From: Nitrospira sp. | GTDB taxonomy: Bacteria; Nitrospirota; Nitrospiria; Nitrospirales; Nitrospiraceae | NCBI GenBank assembly: GCA_047150005.1 | Contig: AP038806.1 | Span: forward strand, 2,880,001-2,944,000 | Direction: 5' to 3' | DNA length: 64,000 nt | Shown: piece after piece, positions 39,873 through 50,695 of the stretch | Numbering within the stretch: the stretch's first letter is position 1 | Layout: the number at the start of each line of letters is the position of its first letter | The notes under the pieces: model-generated | What the model saw: only the letters and a program-made list of their open reading frames with translations | The model's database searches: none | What the model was told of the DNA's origin: nothing | Made by a program: the position numbers and the translations under genes

Positions 39873-41510
39873 ATGACGAACCCTTTGCAAGACGAGAGAT
39901 CGAATCCGAGCGGAGCCGATGGGGCACGGCAACACGATGAAGCCTACGAACGACGGATGGCGAAGCTCTATGCGGTCAGCAAGGCGTTGCAACACAAAGG
40001 CTGGTCGCTGCGCTTTCTTGCGCACATGGTCCTGGACGCAGCCGTGGACCTCTCCGACGCGGACTGTGGCGCCCTGGTGATGTTCGACCAGGACGGGCAT
40101 CCGCCTATCCTGTCCTGTTGGGTGAACATGGATGAGGAAGGACGTCGGGCGATCGAGACCGTGCTGATCGAACGAGGACTCCTCAGCAAGATGGATCAGG
40201 GATACCAGGTGCTCCGGCTGAATGATCTCGCGCTGCAGCCGGATCGCGCCGGCTCGTCTTCAGGCCGGCTGCCCGCAGGGCCCTTCTGTGGGACCGCGAT
40301 CCAGGCGCACGACAGGCTCTTCGGACGACTCTATCTTTGCAAGGAGCGAAAGACACATCGTGAGTTCACCGCACTGGATGCTCTGATCATCGGCACGTTG
40401 GCGGTGCATGCGGGGTTGGGAATCCACACGGCGTTCCTGGTTCATAATGGCACGACCGCTCGTTCGCGGCACATCGCCTTGTTGGAATCCACCAGTGAAG
40501 GTGTCTACGGAGTCGATCTCGACGGGCGGTGTGTGTTTATCAACAGGGCCGGCGCCGACCTGTTGGGATACCAGCCTGAGGAGCTGATCGGCCGGTCCAT
40601 GCACACCTTGATTCACCACACCCGTGTGGATGGTTCGCCCTACCCGGCTGAGGCCTGTTCTATCTATCGTGCCTATCGGACAGGACGGTCCTTTCGGGCG
40701 GACGACGAAGTCCTCTGGAGGCGGGATGGGAGTTGTTTCCCTGCCGACTTCTCCTCATCTCCTCTGTATCAGGGTGGTATGCTCACCGGCGCGGTCGTCA
40801 CCTTTCGAAACATCGCGGAGCGGAAGAATGCCGAGGCGATGCGCGCCTATTTGTTAGACCGTCTGATGCGCGCTCAGGAAGAGGAGCGGCGGCGGATTGC
40901 GCGTGAGCTGCACGATGAGACGGAACAGGCCCTCACGTCCGTGTTGGTGGGTCTCCGCGCGATGGAGGACGTCTCGACGGTGAAAGGCCTTCACCACCAG
41001 GCGGGCAAGCTCCGCCACGTCACGGCGCGAGCGCTGGAAGAACTGCAACGCCTCGTCCAGGGTCTCCGCCCGGCGTTGTTGGATGAGATGGGGTTGGCGG
41101 CGGCGTTACAACGCCTCTGCACCGATTTTGTACAAACCTATGGGATTCGGGTGGACTTCCATGTCGGTGAGCATGTGGCGGAGCTTTCCTTGCCGTTTCC
41201 AATCGAAATCGCGTTGTACCGGATTGTCCAAGAAGCCCTCACCAACATCGCCAAGCATGCCGGCGCGACGACCGTGAGCGTCCTGATCCAGCCGACTCCC
41301 TCGTCGGTCCGGTTGGTAGTGGAAGACGACGGCGTCGGGTTTGAGCCGGATGCCATCCGCCGGACCGCGGTGTCGCAAGGCCGTCTCGGACTGTACGGCA
41401 TGGAAGAGCGAGCCAAGATCGCCGGCGGTGTCTGTACGGTTGAATCCACCCGAGGGCGCGGGACGATGATCCATATGGAAATTCCTCTTTCACCCGTCGC
41501 TTCGCTATGA
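39873..41510 (+). CDS. Cytoplasmic GAF-PAS sensor histidine kinase (HisKA_3)
   Basis: GAF-like N-terminus, PAS (N.AG..LLGY..EELIG), ERRRIARELHDE, DDGVGF. Confidence 0.9.
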   Translation: MTNPLQDERSNPSGADGARQHDEAYERRMAKLYAVSKALQHKGWSLRFLAHMVLDAAVDLSDADCGALVMFDQDGHPPILSCWVNMDEEGRRAIETVLIERGLLSKMDQGYQVLRLNDLALQPDRAGSSSGRLPAGPFCGTAIQAHDRLFGRLYLCKERKTHREFTALDALIIGTLAVHAGLGIHTAFLVHNGTTARSRHIALLESTSEGVYGVDLDGRCVFINRAGADLLGYQPEELIGRSMHTLIHHTRVDGSPYPAEACSIYRAYRTGRSFRADDEVLWRRDGSCFPADFSSSPLYQGGMLTGAVVTFRNIAERKNAEAMRAYLLDRLMRAQEEERRRIARELHDETEQALTSVLVGLRAMEDVSTVKGLHHQAGKLRHVTARALEELQRLVQGLRPALLDEMGLAAALQRLCTDFVQTYGIRVDFHVGEHVAELSLPFPIEIALYRIVQEALTNIAKHAGATTVSVLIQPTPSSVRLVVEDDGVGFEPDAIRRTAVSQGRLGLYGMEERAKIAGGVCTVESTRGRGTMIHMEIPLSPVASL

Positions 41511-42199
41511 CGATTCGCGTGCTCATCACCGATGATCACGCCGTGCTCCGAGCCGGTCTTCGCGTCCTCATCGATGCCCAGCGGGATATGCAGGTCGTCG
41601 GCGAGGCCGGGGATGGACATGAGGCGGTGGCCAAGACGATCGCGACCAAGCCGGATGTCATCCTGCTCGACCTTTCCATGCCGGAGCACAGCGGACTGCG
41701 CGCAATCCCGTCAATCCGACAGCAATCCCCCGGCGCGCGCGTGCTTGTGCTGTCGATGTATGAGGATATCGCCTGTCTTCGCGCCGCACTCGATTCCGGT
41801 GCGGCGGGCTATGTGTCGAAAAAGGTCGCCGACACGGAACTCCTCGCAGCGATCCGCGCCGTGGCGGGCGGGAGAAAGTACTTCTGCTCATGCAGTCTGG
41901 AACTCCTGGTTCAAGCTTCGTCGAGGCTCGATCTCTCCGGCGTTGACGCGCGCGACGTCGACGCAAGCACCCTCAGCAAACGAGAGCGAGAGGTCTTGAC
42001 CATGGTGGTTGAGGGGTATACGCACCGACAGATCGCAGAACGACTCGGAGTCAGCATCAAGTCCGTGGAAAGCTATCGGACTCGCGTCCAAGAAAAGCTC
42101 GGACTCCAGACCCGCGTCGAGTTACACCGGTACGCGCTGGCGAGGGGGCTTCTGTGCTCGGATGGTCTGCGGGAACCTGATTCTCCAGCGAAGAGCTAA
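41507..42199 (+). CDS. NarL/LuxR-family response regulator
   Basis: REC (TDDH, LDLSMP) plus LuxR HTH. Overlaps the kinase stop. Confidence 0.92.
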   Translation: MTIRVLITDDHAVLRAGLRVLIDAQRDMQVVGEAGDGHEAVAKTIATKPDVILLDLSMPEHSGLRAIPSIRQQSPGARVLVLSMYEDIACLRAALDSGAAGYVSKKVADTELLAAIRAVAGGRKYFCSCSLELLVQASSRLDLSGVDARDVDASTLSKREREVLTMVVEGYTHRQIAERLGVSIKSVESYRTRVQEKLGLQTRVELHRYALARGLLCSDGLREPDSPAKS

Positions 42200-42477
42200 C
42201 CTGCCTGACGCGCTGCGGGTCTCCTCCTCCTGCACGGATTTTCCTGGCACCGGTGAGGTTTATTACGGATTTGCCCTCTTCCGTCTTCAACCGCTTCTGC
42301 CGATGATGGCCACGCCATATTGAACGGCTCCATGACAGATGAGTGGAACGACCGCCTTCTCGTACTGCGAGGGGGCAACGGTGTTTCCCGGCCATGTGAT
42401 CTCAACAGCGACGGCATTCGATGGCGTGCGGAACGTCACGCTCACTGAATGCAACCGTGAAGAGGGGAGGACATCGC

Positions 42478-42729
42478 ATGGACACCGGTCTTTTTGTTGA
42501 TGGGTTTCCTTCTTCGTTTACCGATCAGGATCTGAGAGAGTTATTCATCAATCATGGGGTCGTGGTATCCGCCAAAGTGGTCAGAGACCCTCGCGGTCGC
42601 TCCCTGGCATTCGGTTATGTGGAGATGGCCACGCCGCACGATGCGAACACTGCCATTCAGCGGCTGCATCGAAAGGCGTTGCATGGAAGCATCTTATTGG
42701 TCTCGTTGAATAAGACAAACGCCCGATGA
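42478..42729 (+). CDS. RRM-domain RNA-binding protein
   Basis: RNP2 LFVDGF, RNP1 LAFGYVEM, GGAGG RBS. Confidence 0.85.
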   Translation: MDTGLFVDGFPSSFTDQDLRELFINHGVVVSAKVVRDPRGRSLAFGYVEMATPHDANTAIQRLHRKALHGSILLVSLNKTNAR

Positions 42730-42976
42730 GGAACCAGCCAGAAACGCACCGAGGATCACGCATGCCGATCGTCGACGATGCTTCCGCCGAACGCGTCGGC
42801 ATCCACCGTATCCTGAAAGATAGGGGTACACAGAAGTAGTCGCTGCCAAGCCGGCGCGTCATGCTTGTGTGCGTCCGAGACTGGATGCTTTGGGAGGACA
42901 AGTTGACCGGCACGAGTGAGACCATGGAGCAACGATTCCGAGATAAGGCACTGCGCTCTGTGGGCGGAGGAGACAT

Positions 42977-43855
42977 GTGGCCATCTTAGTCATCGATGAC
43001 TCCCCGGATGATCTGACCCTCGTCGAATACTGCCTGAAGGGGGCAGGCTATCAGGTCGTCACAGCAAACTCGGCAGAGGAGGGAATGCGATATCTTCTGG
43101 AAGTCGGCGAAGGAAAGCGGTCGGTCCCCATCGATCTGATCTTGCTCGATATCATGATGGACGGTCTCGATGGACTCGATGCGTGCAGGCGGATCAAAGC
43201 GACGGGCCGGCTGAAGGAGATCCCGATCGTCATGGTCTCGATTGATACGATGCCGGGCACGATCCAATTAGCCTTTCGACGAGGTGCGGTCGACTATATT
43301 CGCAAGCCCGTGATCAAGGCGGAATTATTAGCCAAGGTGGCCATGGTGCTCAAAGTCCAAGAAGACGCCCCGCACCGAACGGAGCCATTCCATGCCCAAC
43401 AGGGCGAACGCATCCAGCGTGATCCCGTAACGGGAATCATGACCTGGGGGGAAATGGACAAAATCTTCCAGCGAGAATGGGAGATCGCCATCCGAGAACG
43501 GCTTCCCATGTCCCTGATTGTCTTCAGGCCCGACGACTTTAAAGTGTTCAACGACAAATATGGGTATCAGACAGGCGACGACTGTTTGCGGATGATGGCT
43601 CAGACTGCCCAAGGGATGTTCACGCAGTCCGGGCAGTTCGTGGCACGCTATCGAGGAGCCGAGTTTGTCGTCATCCTGGTCGGTACGGAAGAAGAGGCTG
43701 CCAAAACTATGGCGGACCGACTCAGGGAGGCCATCGAAGATCTCGACCTGGGACTCACTCTCGCCCTCGGAACGGCGACGGTGACTGCCGATGGGCACGC
43801 CTCGCGTGACATGCTACTCGCGCTTGCCAAAAACCATCTCGGTAAGACTCAGTAG
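42977..43855 (+). CDS. Response regulator with degenerate GGDEF domain
   Basis: REC (IDDS, LDIMM), D.FK..NDKYG...GD, A-site RYRGAEF. Confidence 0.85.
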   Translation: MAILVIDDSPDDLTLVEYCLKGAGYQVVTANSAEEGMRYLLEVGEGKRSVPIDLILLDIMMDGLDGLDACRRIKATGRLKEIPIVMVSIDTMPGTIQLAFRRGAVDYIRKPVIKAELLAKVAMVLKVQEDAPHRTEPFHAQQGERIQRDPVTGIMTWGEMDKIFQREWEIAIRERLPMSLIVFRPDDFKVFNDKYGYQTGDDCLRMMAQTAQGMFTQSGQFVARYRGAEFVVILVGTEEEAAKTMADRLREAIEDLDLGLTLALGTATVTADGHASRDMLLALAKNHLGKTQ

Positions 43856-43924
43856 AAGGACTCTGGTGGGCGAGAGCATAGAAGGTGCGGTGTGCCTTGA
43901 ACTGAGACTCTGGTACGGCGCGGC

Positions 43925-44311
43925 ATGTTGAGAAAGAGCAGAACGCTGAACGGGGAACGAGCATCGATCCTTGCCTATTGCCGGGTGATGCGGATCGGTT
44001 CCCATATCACTGTTTCGGCTATGGCGATGGATGGTAACGGCGACATTGTCGGACCGAACGATCCCTACATCCAGACGGCGCAATGTTTGCGAAACATTGA
44101 GGCTGCGTTGGCGGAGGAAGGCGCTTCCTTGGCCGATGTCGTGAAGACGCGGGTGTGTGTCGCCGATTCCGATCATGGAGTCAAGATTAACAGAGCCTAC
44201 GACGCTGTCTTTCGACGGTTCTTTTCGGCCGCCCGAATAGAGGTCCGCCGTTTCATGCTGCCGGAAATCCTGGTGGAGATAGAGGTCGATGCCGTCATTG
44301 CAGAAACATAA
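43925..44311 (+). CDS. RidA/YjgF-family protein
   Basis: Q...CL.NIE.AL...GASL.DVVKT, LVEIEVDA. Confidence 0.8.
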   Translation: MLRKSRTLNGERASILAYCRVMRIGSHITVSAMAMDGNGDIVGPNDPYIQTAQCLRNIEAALAEEGASLADVVKTRVCVADSDHGVKINRAYDAVFRRFFSAARIEVRRFMLPEILVEIEVDAVIAET

Positions 44312-44425
44312 CGGCGACGGGGTCATGCGTTCGTGGAGAAGATGTGTGGCTCATGAGATTCGTTTTACCCGATGTTTGCTTGGCGGCGTACGTAAGCGAT
44401 CAAGAACGTTGTCACGTACTCCGGG

Positions 44426-45175
44426 ATGGGGAGCAGGGGAAAAGGATCACCTCCCCTGACACAGGACGGCGCTCATCGCATTGAATTGTGCCACATCGCC
44501 TTTTATGGGCGCACGCTTGCCGAGTACTTGAGGATTTGTGATGTGGATCTTCTGTCCTGGCGAGACTGCACCATTCTCGACTGTCCGGGAGGTGCATCCT
44601 CGTTTGTCGCGGAGGCTCGTCGAGAGGGCGTGCAGATGTTTGCGTGCGATCCGTTGTATGGGGCCGACGTCTCAAGTTTGATTGAGAGGGGTGAAGCGGA
44701 CATTCAACACGTGATCGACCGTGTGGCCCGCGTGCCTCATCTCTTCCTGTGGAATTGCTATTCTTCTCTCGACGATCTGCAAGCGAACCGGCTGTTGGCG
44801 TTGCGCTGGTTCCAATATGACTACCAGCGCGGGCTTGAAGAACAGCGATACGTCAAAGGGGAACTCCCGCGGCTGCCCTTCGAGGACCATCGCTTCGATC
44901 TCGTGCTCAGCGGGCACTTTCTCTTCACCTACAGCGATCGGTTCGATTATGCATTCCATCTCACCGCGCTCCTTGAACTATTTCGGGTCAGCGCCCGAGA
45001 GGTCAGGATCTATCCGCTCCAGGGTCCCGATTCGCAAACATATCCCCATATGGAGCATTTGCTCTCGGCTCTGAAGCACAAAGGCATCCGGGCCCAGATC
45101 TGTCCCGTGCCCTTTGAGTTCCAACGCGGGAGCAACCAGATGCTGCGGTTGGTTCGGAGACATGTAGACGCTTGA
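44426..45175 (+). CDS. SAM-dependent methyltransferase-like protein
   Basis: ILDCPGGASSF, LPFED..FDLVLS.HFLF.Y, EFQRG. Confidence 0.8.
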   Translation: MGSRGKGSPPLTQDGAHRIELCHIAFYGRTLAEYLRICDVDLLSWRDCTILDCPGGASSFVAEARREGVQMFACDPLYGADVSSLIERGEADIQHVIDRVARVPHLFLWNCYSSLDDLQANRLLALRWFQYDYQRGLEEQRYVKGELPRLPFEDHRFDLVLSGHFLFTYSDRFDYAFHLTALLELFRVSAREVRIYPLQGPDSQTYPHMEHLLSALKHKGIRAQICPVPFEFQRGSNQMLRLVRRHVDA

Positions 45176-45408
45176 GCACCTTCCGACGGCGAACGCCCAT
45201 ACTTCTGCGCGGGATTTAAGCGGACATTCTGAAGTTCTACGGTGACCGCCCGATGCTCGTGGCAAGAAAATCGGAATGTCCCCTCATAACATCCCGCGAT
45301 GTCGCAACGAAGCTCGCGTCGGTAAGATTATACGCGACTCAATTCGTCCTCTTGAGCAGACCGGGCCAATGCGTTATTCTGCTAACCCACACTGGAGGCG
45401 ACGACACT

Positions 45409-46191
45409 ATGCCACGACGAAGCAGGACCGGGTTGCAGCGGGCGGACATTCTGGAACGGTATCTGGCGCGGTTTCGCAAGCACCTGGGGATGTTTCAAAC
45501 GTTTCTGTCGCGCAAACGTCCCTCGATGTCGCTGGAGGATTTCGATGAGGCTGCCGAAGAGTTGATCGCCCAGGTCTATGGCCAAGCGTCCGACGAACTG
45601 GAAGCCTACTTCTATGCCAAGAACGGCGAAGCCGCGATTCTGCCGGAGGAAGCCCAGGAAAGCGGGACGCACGACGTCGAACGGGAAAGCCTGCAGCAGC
45701 GCCGGCAGGTGCTCGAAAGCTGCCTGGCCGACCTGGAGATGCGCTATCGTGTGCAGACCAAACGGCGGCCCGGCGCCAACGGCCGTGTCATGGGGAAGCG
45801 GACCGTGGAGGATTATATGTCCCACGAAGTCCACAGCATTCATCGCGCCGCGACCATCAAGGAAGCGGGACGACTGCTGCAGAAATACAAAGTGGGCTCC
45901 CTCATCGTGGACGACGGCTCGCGATACATCGGGATCGTGACGGATTCCGACTTGAGCCGAAAAGCGGTCGCCAAGGGGCTTGATCCGAATACGACCGCGG
46001 TCCTGGCATGCATGAGCAAACCGGTCGTCTCGATCGAGGAGACCGAGCCGATCTCGGACGCCATCGAGTTGATGAAACAGGAAAAGATCCGCCACCTCGC
46101 CGTGACGGCCGATCGGACGATCATCGGGGTGCTGTCGATTTCCGACGTGTTGCGGGCTTACGAAGATGTGACGGGTTCTCCCACCAGCTGA
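45409..46191 (+). CDS. CBS-domain protein with N-terminal helical domain
   Basis: C-terminal CBS pair (VEDYMS...GIVTDSD; MSKPV...IRHL.V..GVLS..D), GGAGG RBS. Confidence 0.85.
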   Translation: MPRRSRTGLQRADILERYLARFRKHLGMFQTFLSRKRPSMSLEDFDEAAEELIAQVYGQASDELEAYFYAKNGEAAILPEEAQESGTHDVERESLQQRRQVLESCLADLEMRYRVQTKRRPGANGRVMGKRTVEDYMSHEVHSIHRAATIKEAGRLLQKYKVGSLIVDDGSRYIGIVTDSDLSRKAVAKGLDPNTTAVLACMSKPVVSIEETEPISDAIELMKQEKIRHLAVTADRTIIGVLSISDVLRAYEDVTGSPTS

Positions 46192-46208
46192 TACCTTCAT
46201 TGCCGCAT

Positions 46209-46235
46209 GGCGGGCGGACGGATCGTCCGCCCGCC
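46209..46235 (+). terminator. GC-rich hairpin after the CBS gene
   Basis: GGCGGGCGGACG-GAT-CGTCCGCCCGCC; no U-tract. Confidence 0.45.
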
Positions 46236-46267
46236 GAATCCACTACCCCCGGAACCGAGCACAGACC

Positions 46268-48106
46268 ATGCCGCCGACTTTGCTGTTAAGCTGCGAATCT
46301 CTCGGCAAGCGCTACGGCGTCAAGGCCCTCTTCTCCGACTTGTCGCTCACGCTCAACGAGGGTGATCGCGTCGGGCTCATCGGTCCCAACGGGTCCGGCA
46401 AATCCACCCTGCTCAAGATCCTGGCCGGCTTGACTGAGCCGGATGACGGATCGCGGTCGCTTCGGCGTCACACCCATATCGGGTATGTGGCTCAGGAGCC
46501 GGCGTTTCTCGACGGACACACGGTGGAGGAGACTCTGGCGACGGCGCTGATCGCCGACGGACTGGATCCCCACGAACAGAGCGATCGGATCGCCAGGACC
46601 ATCGGCCTGGGACGGTTCGCGCGCGCCGATCAGCCGGTTGCCGAACTGTCGGGAGGGTGGAAGAAGCGACTGGCGATCGCACTGGCCTTGCTCACGGAGC
46701 CGGACATCCTCCTCATGGACGAGCCCACGAATCATCTCGATCTCGAGGGGATTCTCTGGCTGGAAGCCATGCTCCGGGACGAGGCCCGCGCCTGTCTCTT
46801 CGTCAGTCATGACCGGCGGTTTCTAGAATCCGTCGCCTCGCGGATCTGGGAACTTAATCGCGTCTATCCGGGCGGCCTCTTCGAGGCTCAAGGCCGGTAC
46901 AGTGATTTTCTGGAGCGGCGCGATGCCGTGCTCCGATCGCAGGCCGAGTATCAGGCGTCGCTCGCCAATCGCGTTCGGCGTGAGGTGGAATGGCTGCGGC
47001 GTGGGCCGAAAGCGAGAACGACGAAGGCCAAGGCCAGGGTGGATGCGGCGGGTCGGATGATCGACGAGCTGGAAACCATCGAAGATCGCCGCCGGCAGGC
47101 CGCGGCGGCGATCGACTTCTCCGCGTCCGGGCGAAAATCGAAACAACTGCTCGTGGCGTCGGGTCTCGGTAAGTCGTTAGGCGGCCGGCCGATCGTGTCG
47201 GATCTGGATCTGCTGCTCGGACCGGGAGAACGAATCGGCCTGCTCGGTCCGAACGGAAGCGGCAAGACGACGCTCTTGCGGATGTTGGCGGGCACGCTGG
47301 AACCGGATCGAGGAACCCTCATCCGCGCCGACCGGCTCCGCGTGGTTACGTTCGAGCAGCACCGGGACTCCTTGAATCAGGATGAAACATTGAGGCGGGC
47401 GCTGGCGCCGGCCGGCGATGCGGTCATGTATCAAGAGCGCTCGGTTCACGTGATGTCCTGGGCCAAACGGTTCCTGTTCAGGCCGGAGCAACTCGATCTG
47501 CCGGTCTCGCGCCTCTCGGGAGGCGAACAGGCGCGCCTACTGATCGCCCGCCTGATGCTGGAGCCTGCCGATGTGCTGATCCTCGACGAGCCGACCAACG
47601 ATCTGGACATTCCCACGCTCGATGTGCTGGAAGACAGTCTACTGGAGTTTGCCGGGGCCCTCGTCTTGGTCACGCACGACCGCTGGCTGCTGGATCGTGT
47701 CTCGACTAGGCTGCTGGCGCTGGACGGTGCGGGGCGCGCGGACTGGTTCGCCGACTATGCTCAGTGGGAAACAGCCAAGCTGCGACGAGAGCGAGCGCCG
47801 GATGAGGAGACGAGGGCGCAATCGGAGGCTGCCGTCACGGCCGCACCGGCCGGCTCTCAGAAACGGAAGGGATTGTCCTACCGCGAGCGCCAGGAATGGG
47901 AGAAGATGGAGGCCGTGATTCTGGAAGCGGAGCGCACCCTGTCGGTTCGCGAGGCGGCGGCCAACGACCCGGCGATCGCCTCGTCCGCCGAGCAGCTACA
48001 AGAACGATTCGCGGCGCTGCATGCGGCTCAGGCCGATGTCGAGCGACTCTATGTCCGGTGGGCCGAACTGGAAGAGAAGCGGGCGCAGGGAGCCGGCGGC
48101 GGCTGA
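46268..48106 (+). CDS. uup: ABC-F family ATPase (Uup-like)
   Basis: Two ABC domains, WLRRGPKARTTKAKAR linker, C-terminal coiled coil ..RWAELE. Confidence 0.85.
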   Translation: MPPTLLLSCESLGKRYGVKALFSDLSLTLNEGDRVGLIGPNGSGKSTLLKILAGLTEPDDGSRSLRRHTHIGYVAQEPAFLDGHTVEETLATALIADGLDPHEQSDRIARTIGLGRFARADQPVAELSGGWKKRLAIALALLTEPDILLMDEPTNHLDLEGILWLEAMLRDEARACLFVSHDRRFLESVASRIWELNRVYPGGLFEAQGRYSDFLERRDAVLRSQAEYQASLANRVRREVEWLRRGPKARTTKAKARVDAAGRMIDELETIEDRRRQAAAAIDFSASGRKSKQLLVASGLGKSLGGRPIVSDLDLLLGPGERIGLLGPNGSGKTTLLRMLAGTLEPDRGTLIRADRLRVVTFEQHRDSLNQDETLRRALAPAGDAVMYQERSVHVMSWAKRFLFRPEQLDLPVSRLSGGEQARLLIARLMLEPADVLILDEPTNDLDIPTLDVLEDSLLEFAGALVLVTHDRWLLDRVSTRLLALDGAGRADWFADYAQWETAKLRRERAPDEETRAQSEAAVTAAPAGSQKRKGLSYRERQEWEKMEAVILEAERTLSVREAAANDPAIASSAEQLQERFAALHAAQADVERLYVRWAELEEKRAQGAGGG

Positions 48107-48120
48107 AGGCGAACGGCCCT

Positions 48121-48606
48121 CTAAAACAGCCGGCCGCACGACGGCGGTGAGTCCGACGTGTCGGATCGATCCCCGGTGCGACGCGCCTGTTCAAGACCGG
48201 CACGGGCCAAGGCGTCCGCCCGTTCGTTCTCCGGGTGGCCGGCGTGACCCTTAACCCAGTGCCATTCGAGAATATGGCGGGCGGCCAGCGCATCGAGGCA
48301 TCGCCAGAGGTCTTCGTTCTTCACCGGATCCTTCCCGGCCGTCTTCCAGCCGCGGCGCTTCCAACTGTGGATCCACTCGCTGATGCCTTTTTGCACGTAC
48401 TGCGAGTCCGTATAGACACGCGCCTCCATCGGTTCGGGAAACGATTGCAGGGCTTCGATCACCGCACGCAGTTCCATGCGATTGTTCGTCGTGGCCGGCT
48501 CACCGCCGCACAGCTCCGTCTCGATGGCTCCGATGCGCAGTAGCACGCCCCAACCGCCGGGGCCGGGGTTTCCGCTGCAGGCTCCGTCCGCATAAATTTC
48601 AATCAT
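48121..48606 (-). CDS. rnhA: Ribonuclease HI
   Basis: [45 protein letters not shown]. Confidence 0.95.
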   Translation of the reverse strand: MIEIYADGACSGNPGPGGWGVLLRIGAIETELCGGEPATTNNRMELRAVIEALQSFPEPMEARVYTDSQYVQKGISEWIHSWKRRGWKTAGKDPVKNEDLWRCLDALAARHILEWHWVKGHAGHPENERADALARAGLEQARRTGDRSDTSDSPPSCGRLF

Positions 48607-48802
48607 CGTCCAGCCTTGGTTATGATGGTAGATCGCGGCGTGGGAGAGAGTACGTGTCCGGCGCGCAAAGATCAATTCCATCGCCAAACACGCGGCGGAA
48701 TGGTCGCTGAAGGACTGTGGTACTCTACCCATCCAAACGGACGCGTGTTCCGTAGGAAAGAGGTAGCACGCACTTCTCATTTTCACCCTAAGGAGGTCTC
48801 TC

Positions 48803-49177
48803 ATGATACTGCGACGGGGATTGGCAGCGATGCTCTGCATGGCGTTCCTGGGCGTCACGGCGGCCTATGCCGACATGGGGCACGGGCATGTGGCGGTGCC
48901 GCTCAAGGCTACGGCCGGGTCGAAGGCCGAAACGCATGTTGCTGAAGGGATCATGCATTACGAGAAGGGGCATATGGACGAGGCCAAGAAGCATTTCACG
49001 GCAGCGGCCCAAGCCGATCCGCAATCGGCCGAGGCCCATTATGACGTCGCCTTGGTGTTGGATAAGACGGGCGACCATAAGGGAGCGATCGAGCATTTCA
49101 AAAAGGCGCAAGAGCTGGGGAAGGACAATCCAGATATCCAGAACTCCGAAATTCTAAAGAAACACGTCAAGATGTGA
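48803..49177 (+). CDS. Exported TPR protein
   Basis: Signal peptide (AYA), [15 protein letters not shown]....[18 protein letters not shown]. Confidence 0.8.
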   Translation: MILRRGLAAMLCMAFLGVTAAYADMGHGHVAVPLKATAGSKAETHVAEGIMHYEKGHMDEAKKHFTAAAQADPQSAEAHYDVALVLDKTGDHKGAIEHFKKAQELGKDNPDIQNSEILKKHVKM

Positions 49178-49194
49178 AGCGGTGTCAGTCGATC

Positions 49195-49228
49195 GAGGCG
49201 CGGCAACGGTGCATCGTTGCCGCGCCTC
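49195..49228. terminator. Hairpin between convergent genes
   Basis: GAGGCGCGGCAACG-GTGCAT-CGTTGCCGCGCCTC. Confidence 0.55.
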
Positions 49229-49273
49229 ACGGCCGATTCGTTCGAATGCGGCAATCTCTCTTCTTGTGCGCTG

Positions 49274-50518
49274 CTAGTTGGACGAATTGGCCGCGTTCAC
49301 GTAGGTTTTTCGGTAGGTCGTGACTTTCTCCAGATAGTTCCTCGTTTCCTGATAGGGGAGCTTGGTTCGCAGCTTGTCGTAGAGCGAGGCCGGTGGGAGT
49401 TCGTTGATCTGCTGGAGCGCGGTCGTCCGGTTTTTTGAGAACGTGCGGAAGACGTTCCCGGCGCCCGTATTGTAGGCGGCGATGACGCAGTATTCCCGCG
49501 ACACCTGGTTGGCGACGTCGTCCAGTTGGCTGAACATCAGCACGTTCAGAAAGGCCGTCCCCAGTTCGACGTTGTGCTCCGGGTCGAACAGGTAGTCGCG
49601 CGTCGGCGTCACATCCTGCCGCTTGGCGCGCCGATAGGCCTCGCGTCCGCCGCTGGTCGGAACCAGTTGCATGAGGCCGTAGGCCGGAACCGGACTGACG
49701 GCGTAGGGATTGAAGTTGCTTTCCGTCCGCATGATCGCGAAGACGAGGCTCGGGCTCATCTTGTACTGTTCGGCGAATCGCATGACGTAGGGGCGGTATT
49801 TCTCCGCCTGCTTCTGCGAGAGATTGGCCACCATCTTCATCGTGACATAGGTGGCCTGCTTCTTCGAGCCGTTCTGATCGATCGTTCTCGTGGCGGCTTT
49901 CTTCTCGACCAGATAGTCCGCGAAGGAGTCCGCCGCCTCCGGCGTCCTGATCGGCTTGTTCTGTTGATCCAGCACGAGGCCGAGCAGATAGGGTTCTTCC
50001 TCGGCGGTGACCGGGATCTCCTTGTCTGAAAAGAGATCGACCGTTCGCGGGTCTTGCGGCGTCAACAGCGTGGTCGCGATCGCCCGGTTGAGGCTCTTGC
50101 GCGAGTCGCTCGTATCCAGTGTCTCCACGGTGATTTCCGCCTTGTCGAAGTCCACGATAGCGCGGCTCTTATAGCTGTGCGTGTACTTCACGTACTTCTT
50201 TTTCTCCGGGAGCTTCACTTCTTTCTGCCCCCACTTCTCGGCGACCTTCCCGTTGAGCGCCTTGTAGAGCGTCTGGAAGTCGCGTTGCGCTGCGCGCAGG
50301 TCGCTGAGCAGCCGATCGGGATCTTGGGCATATTGGTCAACACGACGCTGGACGGCTTTGGAGGGCTCTTTGCTTTGCACGACGTCGAGGACGGTTCTCC
50401 CGGTGCGGCTGGCGAGCGCCTGCTCCGTCGCGGCGATCATGCGGTCGGTCGATTCGCAACTCAGGAGGGTGGTGGAAAACGCTACGGAGACCAGCAGCCT
50501 GATTCGCGAGCCGAACAT
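49274..50518 (-). CDS. mltC: Membrane-bound lytic murein transglycosylase C-like
   Basis: Lipobox LLSC, DUF3393-like N-terminus, SLT motifs TESNFNPYAVS, GLMQL, AAYNTG. Confidence 0.85.
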   Translation of the reverse strand: MFGSRIRLLVSVAFSTTLLSCESTDRMIAATEQALASRTGRTVLDVVQSKEPSKAVQRRVDQYAQDPDRLLSDLRAAQRDFQTLYKALNGKVAEKWGQKEVKLPEKKKYVKYTHSYKSRAIVDFDKAEITVETLDTSDSRKSLNRAIATTLLTPQDPRTVDLFSDKEIPVTAEEEPYLLGLVLDQQNKPIRTPEAADSFADYLVEKKAATRTIDQNGSKKQATYVTMKMVANLSQKQAEKYRPYVMRFAEQYKMSPSLVFAIMRTESNFNPYAVSPVPAYGLMQLVPTSGGREAYRRAKRQDVTPTRDYLFDPEHNVELGTAFLNVLMFSQLDDVANQVSREYCVIAAYNTGAGNVFRTFSKNRTTALQQINELPPASLYDKLRTKLPYQETRNYLEKVTTYRKTYVNAANSSN

Positions 50519-50608
50519 GACGGCATTGTACTATAAGGAATGCAGAATCCGATGTCTCTACGAGAAGTGCTCAGGGAGCAAAGTCGCGATGATGTCTTCT
50601 GAGAGGCT

Positions 50609-50638
50609 CGGCCCCCGATGCTTCCGCATCGGGGGCCG
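50609..50638 (-). terminator. Hairpin downstream of the 50696-51025 gene
   Basis: CGGCCCCCGATGC-TTCC-GCATCGGGGGCCG. Confidence 0.5.
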
Positions 50639-50695
50639 GACCGCCCGGTCACCGCTGCCTCATAAGGAATCGCTGCTCAGGTCCGTTGCCGCCAG

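Noticed and set aside
42478..42729. RRM protein as the leader-binding antiterminator
   Set aside because: Ordinary RRM with no evidence linking it to the hexaloops; it is not an ANTAR fold.
49195..49228. GGCAACGG-containing hairpin as an ANTAR site
   Set aside because: The motif lies in the stem, between convergent genes; better explained as a terminator.
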